A DNA stretch of 64,000 nt from Stegostoma tigrinum (GCF_030684315.1 NC_081363.1:50906312-50970311); one strand, 5' to 3'. Shown: positions 1-12,730, counted from the stretch's first letter. Made by a program: numbers and translations. The notes: generated by a model from the letters alone, not told the origin.

Positions 1-564
1 GATTTTGAGATTGATTTTAACTCCTGTGTTGGAGTGTGGCCGCAGTGTGGGGTGTACTTGTCTGCAGTGGCAGCAGCAAGCTCAGTTAATATTCAGTTTC
101 CATGACCAATTAGCATGCAACTTGGTGACTGCCTGATCAAAACACCCAGAAAGAAACCGGGGTCGATTTGATGGAATTATTTCTGTTTGACTACGCAACG
201 CCTACTGTCACTTTGCTTTGAAAATTCCAGTAATGTCGAGCTACAACCGAGGCAGCTGATGTCATTTTCATTGTTTTAAAATCAATCTACAATGATTGAC
301 AAAGCTTTAACATATCCTAAATTTTTCCACTAAAAGAAAGAACTAATTATTTTCATTGCACGTTCATATATGTGATGTGGCAAAACTGTTTGTACAGTGA
401 GTTCTAGTTTTCTTTTGGGCATGCAGCAATGAAATGCAGTTATTTACACTTTAGCAAGAGTATCTGTTAGAGGTTGAAAACATTGTGCAACGGGATTGGA
501 ATTTTAGTCCAGCTGGGGTGGGAATGGAGAACAACAGGGATAAAATACCTTGCCAGATATTGGA

Positions 565-660
565 GATAATGGGAACTGCAGATGCTGGAGATTCCAAGAT
601 AATAAAATGTGAGGCTGGATGAACACAGCAGGCCAAGCAGCATCTCAGGAGCACAAAAGC
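565..660 (-). mobile_element. Penelope-like element (PLE) terminal fragment
   Basis: Reverse complement matches the sequence following the hammerhead core in other PLE termini here (GCTTTTGTGCTCCTGAGATGCTGCTTGGCCTGCTGTGTTCATCCAGC, cf. 35951 and 58222). Confidence 0.7.
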
Positions 661-813
661 CCGATATATTGTGCTGATTTCTTGTTGCTATCCTGATACT
701 GGCAAGTTTTAACAAGGAAGGAATGAAGGGCTGCCATGAGAATCTGCCCAATCCAGTAACAAAGATAAATAGCGGTGTTATAGAGCTTGAGGTCCATATT
801 CTGATGTTGATGT

Positions 814-1107
814 TAGAATAGAATCCCTACAAGTGTGGAAACAGCCATTCAGCCCAACAAGTCCACAATGCCCCTCCAAAGAGCATCCCACCCAGACCCA
901 TCCCCCTTTTAACGCACCTAATTTACGCATCCCTGAACACTATGGGCAATTTAGCATGCTCAATCCATCAACTTTGCACTGTGGGAGGAAATCAATGCAG
1001 CTATGGGGAGAATGTGCATAATTCAAAAACAGACAGTCACCCAAGGGTGGAATTGAACCCTTGTCCCTGGTGCTGTGAGGCAGCAGTACTACCCACTGAC
1101 CATTGTG
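814..1107 (-). mobile_element. HE1-type (V-SINE) tRNA-derived SINE
   Basis: B-box GGTTCAATTCC on the minus strand (~1049-1059), central V-domain-like block, CR1/HER1-type tail ending TTCTA; homologous to 1366 and 10330. Confidence 0.8.
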
Positions 1108-1365
1108 TTGTGTTGGTGCGGCAGATATGCGATATCTTTAAGGGAACCAGTCAAGATGTAGTCATTGTATCATGGCATGTTGTCTAATAGTATAAAGCCT
1201 CCAGACTCCATCTCTCTGTGTCCTCTTGCAGCATGACATGCTGAGAAAAGGATGTTACAGTATATCTGAATTACTTAGCTTGAGCCCAGGCAAACAAACA
1301 AATGAGGCTGTAGTGTACATGTGTAAATGCTGGGTGCTGTTGTAAAAGTTCAATGAATTCTTCAG

Positions 1366-1705
1366 TAGAATCGCTAGAGTGTGGAAGAGGCCATTCAGCA
1401 CAATGAGTCCACATCAACCCTTCAAAGAGCATCCCATCCAGATCCAGCCCCAGCCCCTACTCTATAACCCTGCATTTTCCAAGGCTAACCTGCCTAGCCT
1501 GCCCATCCCTGGACACTATGGCCAATTTAGCATGGCCAACCTATCTAATCTACACATCCTTGGACTGTGGGAGGAAACCAGAGCACCTAAGGAAGCCCAT
1601 GCAGACACAAACTCCATGCAAACTCTACAGAGACAGTATCTGAGGCTGGAATCAAGCCTGGGTCCTGGCACTGTGACGAAACATTTCTAGCCACTGTGAC
1701 ACCCA
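1366..1705 (-). mobile_element. HE1-type SINE
   Basis: Colinear homology with 814-1107 (AAAGAGCATCCCA...CACTATGG.CAATTTAGCATG). Confidence 0.8.
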
Positions 1706-2767
1706 TACAGTACTACATGACCCACATCTCACTCATATGCTATGGGAACTAACATAAGTATCACATCATGATAATTGCTATTACATCAATTCAGCTCAAG
1801 TGAGAGTTTAGAAGTTTCTTACTGACTCTGGGGCAGATGAGGTGCATGGAGAGGACACACAGTGAAGAGTCAGTTGAGACCACTCCAGGGATTTAGATCT
1901 GGGCAATGAAAGGGAGAACAGTGAAATGGTCCTCTTGGCTATTGGGGCCAACGGAGGCTACAGGGAGAGTAGTCAGTAAGCATCCAGGCAGTACAAGATG
2001 TAGGCCCCTGTGGTTCATAAGGTGAGGGAACAAGATCTCCAAACACAATTGGAAAATCACCTAAGCGCAATGGAGGCAGCAGCTGGCAAAGATGACACAC
2101 TTCTTGGATTTCAGGTTCAGTGGTAAGGAGGAGAAACATTCTCCACAAGAAGGTCAGAGCCCTGGGCATCAGGAAAGGCATGAGAGGCAGGAAGCAAAGG
2201 ATGTATTACCCTCAGCATTAGATCTGTCTTCAGACGATTGAAAACCAGTACCATAAAAGACTATTCAGGTAATCTGTTCCCTCATTGCAGAAGACCTCAC
2301 ATCTCACAGAATCCTTCAACATCAAACCAGTCTCATTCAGCAACAATGAATCTCCTGTCCTGCCCACACTAACTGTGCTTGCTTTTCTGGTTGTTTTCTG
2401 TGATCTGACATCCTCTGGTTACAAGAAACTGAAATGGACAGGAAAAAGAATTATCTTTCGCTTCTGCGCAATCCCACTTCCCAGTACAGTGTCATGCATG
2501 TTTCCTGTATGCCCAGTTCTTGATGCCAAGTTGGGGACATTGTTGCTCCGTTATCTGGATGCAATGGTCTCATCATTTGCCATTGAGCATTCATCCTCAG
2601 TCTTGACTGGGTCACCCAACTTTTCCTGTGCAGGAATATTTTAGTTGGTCAAGAACACTGCCACCAGTATTTATACTGCATTGAGCATTGGCCTGCAGAC
2701 AAACAGGTGCTAAGTATCATCTCAATGGGAAGATCACCCGTTTGCAGGCATTCATCCCTGTAATAGC

Positions 2768-2901
2768 NNNNNNNNNNNNNNNNNNNNNNNNNNNNNNNNN
2801 NNNNNNNNNNNNNNNNNNNNNNNNNNNNNNNNNNNNNNNNNNNNNNNNNNNNNNNNNNNNNNNNNNNNNNNNNNNNNNNNNNNNNNNNNNNNNNNNNNNN
2901 N
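2768..2901. other. Assembly gap (134 N)
   Basis: Run of N characters. Confidence 1.
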
Positions 2902-3599
2902 AGATCAAGAGGTCACCTGCTGCTATCACTGGGAAACAGGATGTCCTGCCATTCCCAGATTATTCCCAGATGGCCTGCACTGAGACGTTACACAAAAGCA
3001 GCAGGTGATTGCAGTTGCAGTTTTTTGATGGGTTTGGAGGGAGGCAGAGTCTGGAGTTGGGAGTTCAGATTCAATAATTCGCACCAGCAGTTGAACTTTC
3101 AAAATGCACACTCACAGAGCCAGACCAATGCTGCTGGATTACAGGGAGTGTATAACCCAATTTGGATGTCACTCTTGCAGGGCACCTGGGCCACCCGTCC
3201 TGTGAGATGACACCAGGGCCATGAACCATTTGTCTGTTGCATGATTGACTGGGCACCTTTGCTCTACATATCTAGTTGGTTGGCTGCCACATGATTGTGT
3301 GCAGCAAGCCATGAAAGCCCCATGCACTCCCAGTCTTGCCAGCGGGGTACTTGATGCTGTTAGAAGGTTCCATCCTCTTTCTGCTAGGTCCCCTGGGTTA
3401 GGAGTACAAATGTTGGATGATTTTCCCCTTCTCCAAATTCAAGGGCATGGAGGCTAATTATAGCAATATTATGAGCAGTGCCTCACATTCTGGGGATCAA
3501 ATCTGAGATCTTTCTGATCTTTGTGGCTCAGCCATTCAATAGTCTCAATCAACGAATCACCTGTTAGCATTTTTCAGCCAAGAAGAAAGCAAAAAGAAA

Positions 3600-3695
3600 A
3601 AACATAAATTGTTGGTGAAAATCAGTAGGTCTGGCTGCATCTGCAGGGAGAAAGCTGAGTTAACATTTCAAGTCCAGCGACTCTTCATCAGAGCT
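3600..3695 (-). mobile_element. PLE terminal fragment
   Basis: Same layout as 33960-34060, 19790-19885 and 56520-56620. Confidence 0.65.
3662..3691 (-). ncRNA. Minimal hammerhead ribozyme-like core
   Basis: Minus strand reads CUGAUGA-A-GAGUC-GCUG-GACUU-GAAA-UGUU; both catalytic boxes intact and stem II pairs. Confidence 0.6.
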
Positions 3696-5309
3696 CCAGC
3701 ATTCAAAGTTCTCTACTTTAAGAAAATAAGTCACACTGCCCAGTTGATTGGACCCAGACAACATCAATGCTGGCACATATATCACTGTCCAGTTTGCTTT
3801 TTCTTTTTTTTTAAACATTCATTTGAAGCATTTCCAAACTCAAATGTTTTTCAATTCAACATTTCATGATTTTGTACTTTAATAGTTCATGACTTGCTTG
3901 CTTATTAAATCAGCACTTTCTTGATATGTGTTGGTGGTGGCCGTGTGGAAACTAATTTGTCTGTATAAAGATCACCTGACAAAACAAAGGCACTTCAATG
4001 CAGACTCCTGGCGTCTGGCGGAGAATGGTTCAGGGGCCCAGCTGTTCGAATAGGCAGCCTCCCAGTCAGCAGAGGATGTCCCTCACCGTGTCTGGGGGAG
4101 GGATTGTTTGCTCTGACCATATGACAGGGAAGAAAATAAGAGGTAACAGATGTCTCTTTCAGGAATGAAAGCCTAGAAAGTGTGAAAACACTTTGAAGTG
4201 ACAACACCCATAACGTTTTTTTTGTCAAAACAATTAGCTTTCTAAATATTTCAAAATTGGTAGCTTCTATTACAAGATCATTTTAAACATCGCCTTTTAT
4301 TGCCTTGGCTTTCATTTTGTTGACTACAACCACCTCCAAAATAACTATTATTATAAAGGATATATTTAAAGGAGTATCATTCATTTTATTTGCTCCTTAA
4401 TAGACTGCTCTTCAATAGGCCAGATTGTATGAGTGTTTGAGGCAACTACTTCAGAACAGTGATATGGGAGAACACAACAGACCATTTCCTCAGATACTTT
4501 CACAGATCAATTTTAATTTGCATAACTAAGCTATAATATGTCAAATGTAGTCTGTTGTGGGCTCAAAAACCATGAGAGGAGGGTCACCTCGATCCCAATG
4601 GCTTCATTATAAAGATCAGGAGCTGTCGTTGTTTGAAGCCAGGCTGTCAGGTGTTACTTAGAAGTTTTAGAATAGACTAAGGAAAACATCCCTCCAGTAT
4701 CACTGAGCATGATTGAATTCTTCCATAATCTCATTGCTACTCACCTCAGTAACTTTTATTCTGCTGAAGCCTGTAATCTCCCTGCACCTGCATCTTAAAA
4801 TCTGTCTCTAACCTCATATGCAAACACCCTGTTTCCTTTACCCTGCCAGTGACAGTTACTCTTTCAATGACCTAGAACTATGTTGTGGTATATCCACCAG
4901 ACTTTCTTTCTTGAAGCCTACTTCCCAGACCAAGTTTTGGATATTCTTCATAATACGTTCATTTTGACATTGCATCTATGAGTTTTAGGCCTTTGCATCT
5001 CCTTGGTATGCTTTCCCTTTCATAAGAGTGTGAGTTGCCAAAAAAGTAAAGGGTACTTTATCTGTCAGAGACAATCCAATAAGATTTAGGAAAGGGCTTC
5101 TGTGTATGCCCATTCAGCTGACAGAGTTCCACCATTGGGTTCCAGATTTCCTGTCAGGTCACAACAGGGAATTTGAAATTGACTCCCACATGGTCACTTT
5201 ACTGGCTCGAGTGGCCTTTGCAATTATCACTCAGGCACGTACCTTCAGTAAAAAGAAAGAGAAAAGCAAAAGCATGTTTTTAAAACGATGCTAAATAGAC
5301 ATATTTGGA

Positions 5310-5580
5310 GTCATAGAGATACACCATGGAAACAGACCCTTTGGTCCAACACTGATCCACTTGCCAACATTTGGCTTATATTCCTCAAATCCTTCTTATT
5401 CATGTACACATTTTAGATGCATTTTAAATGTTGTAATTGTACCAGCCTCCACCACCTTCTCTGGCAACTCACTCTGCGTACCCACCACCCTCTGCATGAA
5501 AACGTTGCCCCTCATGTCCCTTTTAAATCTTTTCCCTCTCACCCTGTAGTTTGTGACTCCTCTACCCTGATTCTGTACCC
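5310..5580 (-). mobile_element. CR1 LINE 3' end fragment
   Basis: CR1-type tail (CTCTATGACTC on minus) and degenerate ORF2 C-terminus. Confidence 0.6.
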
Positions 5581-5599
5581 AATAGGTTAAGATTCAAAA

Positions 5600-6045
5600 A
5601 TAGCTACGTCTCTAAAATTCTTTCCAATTTCTCTCTCCCTTATTGAATAAAAGAGTTACTTTTTCTATCTTCCAATCTAATTGGGCCACCGCAAAATCAA
5701 TGAAGCTTTGGAAAATTAAAACCAATGCATCAACGATTTCACTAGCCACTTCTTTTACTAGCCAAGGATAAAGTCCATCAGGGCTCAGGCACTTAACATG
5801 CTGTAGCCCCAACAATTTACTCAGCACAACTTCTCTAGTGATTCTGATTTTCTTGAGCTCCTCACTCTCTTTCATTTCATAATTTGTCGATGCTTTTGGG
5901 ATGTTACATAAATCCTCTATGGGGAATACTGATGCAATAAAAGTCCTGTTCAATTTATCTGCCATCTCTTTATTTTTCATTATCAATTATTCAGTTTCAC
6001 TTTCTATAAAATCAATACTCACTTTTTTAACTCTTTCTTTAAAAA
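5600..6045 (-). mobile_element. CR1 LINE ORF2 fragment (region N-terminal to RT)
   Basis: ORF 5612-5986: NKEMADKLN...SPDGLYPWLVKEVASEIVDALVLIFQ...DWKIEKVTLLFNKG, typical CR1 pre-RT motifs. Confidence 0.85.
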
Positions 6046-6499
6046 AAGGTGGAATCTCATGGGGGTCTGTGTGACATGGATAATGGTGAAATTTGTGGCA
6101 GAATCAGACAAGAAGCTTAATGAGGTAGACCTTCATATCGGTAGTGTCTCGTTCCACCTTTTGTGATTTTGTTGATGGTGAGGTGAGTTGCTCACTAGGC
6201 AGTGGCGAATCAAGGAGGATTAAAACTTGTTCAAATCCTTATTAACAGCACAACTCACCTCATTAATATTCCTACCTTACCAAAAATGTCCAGCAAGCAG
6301 GATGTCAAGAAATCTCAACATGGAAGTCACAGCGAGTACTTGGCAACTTTACCTTGCCTCTGTCTGTGATGAGCCTCCATGTCGCTCAGCAACAAACAGT
6401 ATCTCAGTGCATAATCCCTGGACACCAGACTCGTGCAAGCCTTATTCACAGCCATTGACATTCAACAGATGCCAACTCCTCATGACCATCACGGCATCT

Positions 6500-7850
6500 T
6501 ACCGATCCACTTACAAGTCACTTAGGAAGCACAGGCCTGCATTGCAGGCTAAAACAACAACTAATATTGAAAACCTAATGTAAGAGCACTTTCCATGGAG
6601 GAACAAGGACCCAGCTCATGGATTAGACCTGGTTACATATCAGGGCTACCTGCGTGCTGTCTTAATGTTCACTCACTCAGCACGTACCTGAATGCTTTTA
6701 GCATTTCTACCTTGCCTTGCTGTGCCAGTTAGTGCAGGCATACAACCAGCCTTGCTGTTCAGCAGTCCTCAGTGAAGGGGTGGACATCTTCCTGTATGGT
6801 AGTGTGCTACATCACTCTCACACCTTCATCATAGGCCAGCAGTTTACACAGCGAACACACAGCATGTGCAGCAAGCAAGCAGCCTTGGCTCACAGTCTCC
6901 TCGCTGAGTGGTCCTCACTGAACTGCATGGAGACACCTGTCAGTTAGGGAGTCCACCACAGGCTATCAAGGGCAGCCTCCCGTACCAGTGCAGGGGATTG
7001 GCTGCAGGCAGGCATACGGTTTGGGGGATTTTTGTCAAGGAGTCTATGCTTCTGCAGTCAGATGATTTGATCAGTCAGCTGTGTAGCTTCATTGTAGCAG
7101 TCTGGGAGTGGGATAGGGCAAATATGGCATGGGAAATGTGCAGGCATCAGGCAGGGGTCTGGGTATTTCTCATCTGTGGCTGCCCATTTTGATCACTCAA
7201 GTGGGTGGGCCATGGTCAATCTTTCAGGGCCTTCGAAAGGGTGTGGACAGAGTCTGGCCAAAGCTGGTATGGTGACCTCTGATGCTAGGGGCTGGGGGAA
7301 AGCCGGGAAGGTGAAGGTTCATCTGAATGGCTTCACTGGGGACTGGGAAAGTGCGAAGACCACGGAGTTTCATGGGAAGGGCCATCTGGAAGGGGATATT
7401 GATGTTTGGAACCTCACCAGAGGCAGAGTCAAGAAACTACCGGGAAAAGCGGTTACTATCACCTTTCAATGGCCCTTGTAGGCTGAAAGTTTTCTTGTCA
7501 GAGATAGGTGACACCTACTTGGCTAGAATTTTGAAGGATCAGAGAAGAGTGAGCAGGGTGGAGGTGGAGCGCCTAGCCACCTCTGGAGTGTCATAAAAGA
7601 AGACTTCTAAGGAGCTTGTGTATGGTTTCTCCTCTGATTATGAGCCTCCAAACACTGCCCTGTCTCCTGGTCATAGTACCTGGTGTTCATAATAGGCTTC
7701 CTGTCCCCTGTTGCCATGCAGGAGTGTGTGCTTCTCCAACAGCCTCTGAGGGGACTGGACCTGGCTCTCTGTGGTAGCTGCCAACCTGTCCATGGAGGCA
7801 GACAGATGATCTATTGCATGAGTTGCTGTACTGCTACAGTTTCTGTTCTG
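6500..7850 (-). mobile_element. GC-richer decayed element, possibly Harbinger-related
   Basis: Abrupt GC-richer block; minus strand near 7770-7820 reads HAIDHLSASMDRLAATTESQVQ, resembling coiled-coil tails of Harbinger Myb/SANT ORFs (inference). Confidence 0.3.
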
Positions 7851-8079
7851 TAAGGGCCACTATTATGAATAATATAATGATAAATAAATGCATTCTGAAA
7901 CCATGCAGCCATAATTAACATACCAAATTTTCTGTTACTCAATTTAGAAATATAAATATTACAGTAAATTGTTGCTAATTTGCATTAGGGTCAGGAAAAT
8001 AAGTAGTCAAATGCTTTGGGCTATAATTGGTAATTGAGAATGAAACCAACCAAAGGCAGTCTCAATAAGATTGACAGCG

Positions 8080-8260
8080 AAGGAGATGGAATGGTAAGAT
8101 CAGAAGCTGTACAGCAGACTGGATGGATTAGAATAAATCAAAGCCCATCACAGACTGTGCAAGAATTGTTCAAGGCTATTGGAGGGTTAATGATGTGAGA
8201 GCATGTTTAAGGAATTTGGAGAGAAAGGGGAGTTTGGAGATGGAACAAGAAGAGAGATCC
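8080..8260 (-). mobile_element. L2-type LINE fragment
   Basis: Minus strand encodes ISKLPFLSKFLKH, like the L2/CR1 motif PISNLPFLSKILE. Confidence 0.5.
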
Positions 8261-9279
8261 AAACCATTTCATGCCAAATTGGTTCATGCCATCTCAGAAT
8301 TAATTTGTCTGAAATCATCTCTTGGGTCAGAGTTTTAAAGGTTAGCAATGGGTCAGCACCACCCACCACTTTTTTTCTCTATTCAAACAAGGTGCCCTAT
8401 AGAGACAGGTTCATTTAATTAACAAACAGGATTAAGCAACTAAAATTGGTTTTAAATGACTGATTAGGCAGTATTGATTCCTTTATATAAGTGAGCCCAA
8501 TGTGATTTGAATTATGCTAGAATAATTACTGAAACCAATGGGATGTTTCCTGTCTTTTACAATAACTGTAATATCAAGTTAGTAACTTGCTAATATATTC
8601 TGGGCAAGATAAAAGTGAATAAAAATACATTTGGTTCAAATCACCATACTTTTCCAGTGTAAATAGCATTTTAATCTATCTGCAAAGTATTTAGATATAA
8701 AATTTACACTGTTTTGTTTCTCTGGTGTATATTGATTGATAAGCAAATGTGATAAACAAAATCAATTTGTTCTCAACACAGCAGCTTGATAGATGGAGTG
8801 CTATGGAAACCAAAATTAGCATTCACATTTCAGGATGTTCCAAATTATTTCACAGTCAATGAAGTAATGTCAAAATGGTTGGAGCATATCTATTTGCCCT
8901 TTTGTCAGCTATCCTTATATCTACTTGTGACATTTTCAATGTCAAACATTGTCACATGAGCGAGGATGCTGTGTTAAGCCTGTAAAAAAAACATTAGCTC
9001 AACATTAGCTCGTATGTTATGCCCCATTCTGGCACTGCACAGATACCATCCTTGGCTCATTCATTTTTCTTATCTACATGCTTCTCTGTGATAACAGCAG
9101 CTTTTGATGTGGGGTTAGACTTCCCTGTATGTTAATGGCATTAGTATAATTTTTCTTTGCCTTTTCTGATCTAAATTCTGCTCATTCAACATCCAGTTTT
9201 GGCTGATCTATTCTGTGTGCGTCGAAGACTGGCTATTGATTCCATTCTCCTGTAATCTCACTTTAGATATGAATGTAGA

Positions 9280-9540
9280 ACTTCCAGATATTTGGCGTCT
9301 ATTTCTACCTCCCAAGATATAATTAAAACACCATATCTTCTCCATCATAAAAGCAGCCTACTTTTGACACTTCCCACCATCAACCATTCTTCTGCCTATC
9401 TTCCAGTCATGTGCTTTTATACAATTGCCATCAATGGGCTTGTTATTTCAATGCTCTTCTGGCTGGCCTCTTGTTCTCCAGCCTCTTGTAAATTTCAGGT
9501 CATTCAAACCCATAAATTGTTGCTCACCAAGCACTCTTAT
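9280..9540 (+). mobile_element. L2-type LINE ORF2 C-terminal fragment
   Basis: Degenerate ...YFNALLAGL...KFQVIQT, like L2 SRLDYCNALLAGLP..KLQLIQN. Confidence 0.5.
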
Positions 9541-9599
9541 CTTATATTGTCTCCAAACATCTCAAATGATACACTTCATGCACTATCAAGCACCAATTA

Positions 9600-9900
9600 A
9601 AGGTACTGGGTACTGCAAACTCTGGGTCCTGTCAACATCCCAACAATTGTACTAAAGATTTGTGCTCTGCAACTAGCTGTACCCTCGAGAAGCTGTTCCA
9701 GTACAGTTATAACATTGGCATCTTCATGATTATACAGAAAATGCCCTGAACCCAACAAATTACCACCTATCAGTCTCTTCTTGATCATCAGCAAAGTGAT
9801 GGGAGGAATCATCAACAATGCTATCAATCAATACTTGCACAGAAATAACCTGTTCAGTTTGGGTTCCACCAGAATGGCTTGGCTCCTGTCCTGATCACAG
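9600..9900 (+). mobile_element. CR1-group LINE (second family), pre-RT fragment
   Basis: Encodes GPVNIPTIVLKICALQLAVPSRSCS...PISLFLIISKVMGGII; homologous to 61680-61950. Confidence 0.65.
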
Positions 9901-9904
9901 CTTA

Positions 9905-10830
9905 TTATCATTACTTGCTCATTGGATGTGTCGCTGACTGCATTTATTGCCCAAGAGAATGTGGCTGTGAGCTGCCTTTTTGAACTGCTGCAATGCCTGG
10001 TGGGCAGAGACACTCAGAGTGTTGTTAGGAAGGGTGTTTCAGATTTTGACCCAGTGACAGTGAAATAATGATGATATACTTCTAACTCACATGATGTGTA
10101 GCTTGGAAGGGAACTTGCAGGTAGAGGTGTTCCCCTGTATCTCTTGCCCTCGACCTTCTTAGAGTAAGAGTTTGTGTGTTTGGAAGGTGTTATCACTGAA
10201 CGTTTAGTGAGTTGCTGCAGCATCTCTTAGACGATACACATAGTTGCCACTGTGCATTGCTGAAAAATTGACTGAATTTGGAAGAAGTTGGATCAAGTGG
10301 TCTGCTCTGTCCTGAATGGTGCCAAGTTTCATAGAATCCCTACAGTGTGGAATCAGGCCATTCGGTCCAACAAGTCCACACCACCTCTCCAAAGAGCATC
10401 CCACCCAGACCCATTCTCCTACCCCTGCATTTCCCATGACTAACCCACCTAACCTAAATATCCCTGGGCAATATGGGCAATTTAGCATGGCAATCCACCT
10501 AGCCTGCACATCTTTGGTCTGTGGAAGGAAACCCACGCAGACTCAGGGAGAATGTGCAAAATCCACACAGACAGTCACCTTTGGCTGGAATGCTAACTGC
10601 TGAGCCACCGTGCCGCCCTGGTATTGTTGGAGCAGCAGTTCCAGGCACATGGAGGAAATTTCTTCCCACGCCTGATTTGTGCATTTTAAATGGTAGACAG
10701 GTATTGTAGAAACAGGACATGAGTTACTCAATGCAAAATTCCTAGCCCCTGACTTGCTCTCATGGCCACAGTATTTATACAGCACATTCAGTTCAGTTTC
10801 TTGTCAATAGTAACTGCCAGAATATAGGGG
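9905..10830 (-). mobile_element. CR1-group LINE (second family) 3' part, interrupted by an HE1 SINE
   Basis: Tail GGGCAATAAATGCAGTCAGC on minus; homologous to 50640-51100; continues after 10620. Confidence 0.65.
10330..10618 (-). mobile_element. HE1-type SINE nested in a LINE
   Basis: Head GGGCGGCACGGTGGCTCAG on minus; homologous to 814 and 1366. Confidence 0.85.
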
Positions 10831-10899
10831 ACTGGGTTATTTACTGAGTGCATGAACAAACTACAAATGTATTCATTACAGTCAGGCATAAAAACAAAA

Positions 10900-12128
10900 C
10901 ATGAAAAGTGGTCTGACCATGGCTAAGTTGAGAAAACAATATTAAACTCAAGGAGGGCGTATACAAATTGCCCAAGGAAAACAATAGACCTGAAGATTGG
11001 GAACAGCTTAGAATCTGTTAAAGGGAAACAAAGAAACTGATTAAACATGGGATAACAGGATATGAGAGTAAGCTTGCAGGACACATACAAATTTTTAGTA
11101 AAAAGCTTCTGTTGCTATGTGAAAAGAGAAAAGATTAGTAAAGATGAACATAGGTTCCATACAGTCAGAAACAGGAGAACTTATATGGGGAGCAAAGAGA
11201 CGACAGACCAACCAGGTATATACATTAGTTATGTCTTCATGAAGGAAGCCACAAATAACATCCAAAAATGTGAGCAGCCACAGGGGAATGGGAAGGAGTA
11301 ATTGAAAGAAATTAATATTAGTAGGGAAACTGTGTAGGGAAACTAACCAGATCAAAAGCAGATAGATCCCCAAGATCGGATAAGCTTCATCCCAGAGTAC
11401 TTAAGGAGGTGGCTCTCAAGATTAACAGATGTGCTAGTGATCATCATCCAAAATTCTGTAGATTCTGGAATAATGCCTGGAGGGTAATTAATGTAACCCC
11501 ACTATTTAAGAAGGGGGCAGAGAGAAAACAATTAATTATACACTGGTTAGTCTGATAACAGTAGAGCGAAAAAATGTTAGAGACCATGATAAAAGATTTA
11601 ATAGCAAAGCACTTTGAAGATAGTGACAAGACTGGACACAGTCAACAATGATTTATGAAAGAATGGCCATGCTTGACAAATCTGCTGGAATTGAAAGTCT
11701 TCTGAAAGTCCAAATAAACCACATCCACTGGCTCCCCCTCATACATTCAGTAAAGCCCCACATAAGAGATGACAATGCCAAAATTGAATGGGATTGGATG
11801 TCATGTGCTGAAATGGAATGATTATTGCCTGGCAGACAGGAAACAAGAAGTATGAATAATTAGGTCTTTTTCCCAAGTGGCATACAGTGATTAATGGATC
11901 GGTGCTTGGACCCTAGCTATTCACAATATATAATAATGACTTAGGTATGGAAACAATGTGTCTTATTTCCAAGTTTTCAGATGACAGAAAGCCAGATAGG
12001 AGGATATTCTGTGAAGAGGATGCAGAGACGCTTCAGTATGACTTGTACAAATTAAGTAAGTGAGAAAATACGAGGCAGCGGCAATATTATATGTATAAAT
12101 GTGAGGTTATCCACTTTGGTGGTAAAAA
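10900..12128 (+). mobile_element. Decayed CR1 LINE ORF2 (RT region)
   Basis: Degenerate NVTPLFKKG, CLTNLLE, GSVLGP.LFTIYNND, SKFSDDRK and KCEVIHFG motifs; many stops and frameshifts. Confidence 0.85.
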
Positions 12129-12269
12129 AAGCTGTTCTTCATCTTATATTACAACATTTTCATGTCCAGACATTGTTAATATCTGAGTCTTTCTCAGATA
12201 CCAGCTCTCCATTTTTCAAAAGAAAACTTTTAAAATTGATTTTCACAACTTTGGAATGCCTAAAATTGT

Positions 12270-12730
12270 TTTATAGCCAATGAAGTACTTTTACAGTATT
12301 GTCACATCTGTAATGCAGAAAACACATTAACCTACTTGTGTACAGCAAGATCCCAGAAACAGCGATTGTTGAAGCTCCCTGCTGAAATTGAGTCATCAGA
12401 AATTTGTCACAGCAATCTTGTTGAGACATTATGGGATTCTGATGGCAAATTACCAGCATTGCTTAAAAATAGTTGCTGGAAAGTGATCTTTATTTGTGCA
12501 ATATCTTCCTGATACTGAGAAAGATCAATTAATTTGTATTTTTAGGTGCTGGTTGAGGGATAATCATTTGCTAGGAAACAGGGGAAAGTTCCAAAAATAG
12601 TGCCTTGGGATCTTCCATGTCCAATTGACAGGGCTAATGCACTTCATCTGAAAGATTACACAACATTGCCTTGTTATCGAAGAGTCAGTCTAGACTTGGT
12701 ACTGAAATTCTTGGAGTGAGACTTGAATGC
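12270..12730 (-). mobile_element. Deu-domain SINE (SacSINE1/DeuSINE-like), old
   Basis: Blocks AGCCAATGAAGTACTTTT, ACAGCAAGATCCCA, GGTTGAGGGATAA, ATAGTGCC.TGGGATCTT and GGAGTGAGACTTGAA match my recollection of the DeuSINE consensus in reverse orientation. Confidence 0.6.

Noticed and set aside
451-654. ORFs beginning MLLRCCLACCVHPASHF (also 35462-35908 and 58228-58410)
   Set aside because: Spurious translations of the PLE terminal repeat, not a gene family
814-1107. tRNA-like A/B boxes
   Set aside because: These are SINE heads with no complete cloverleaf, so no tRNA gene is called
2688-3008. ORFs spanning the N run
   Set aside because: Artefact of undefined bases
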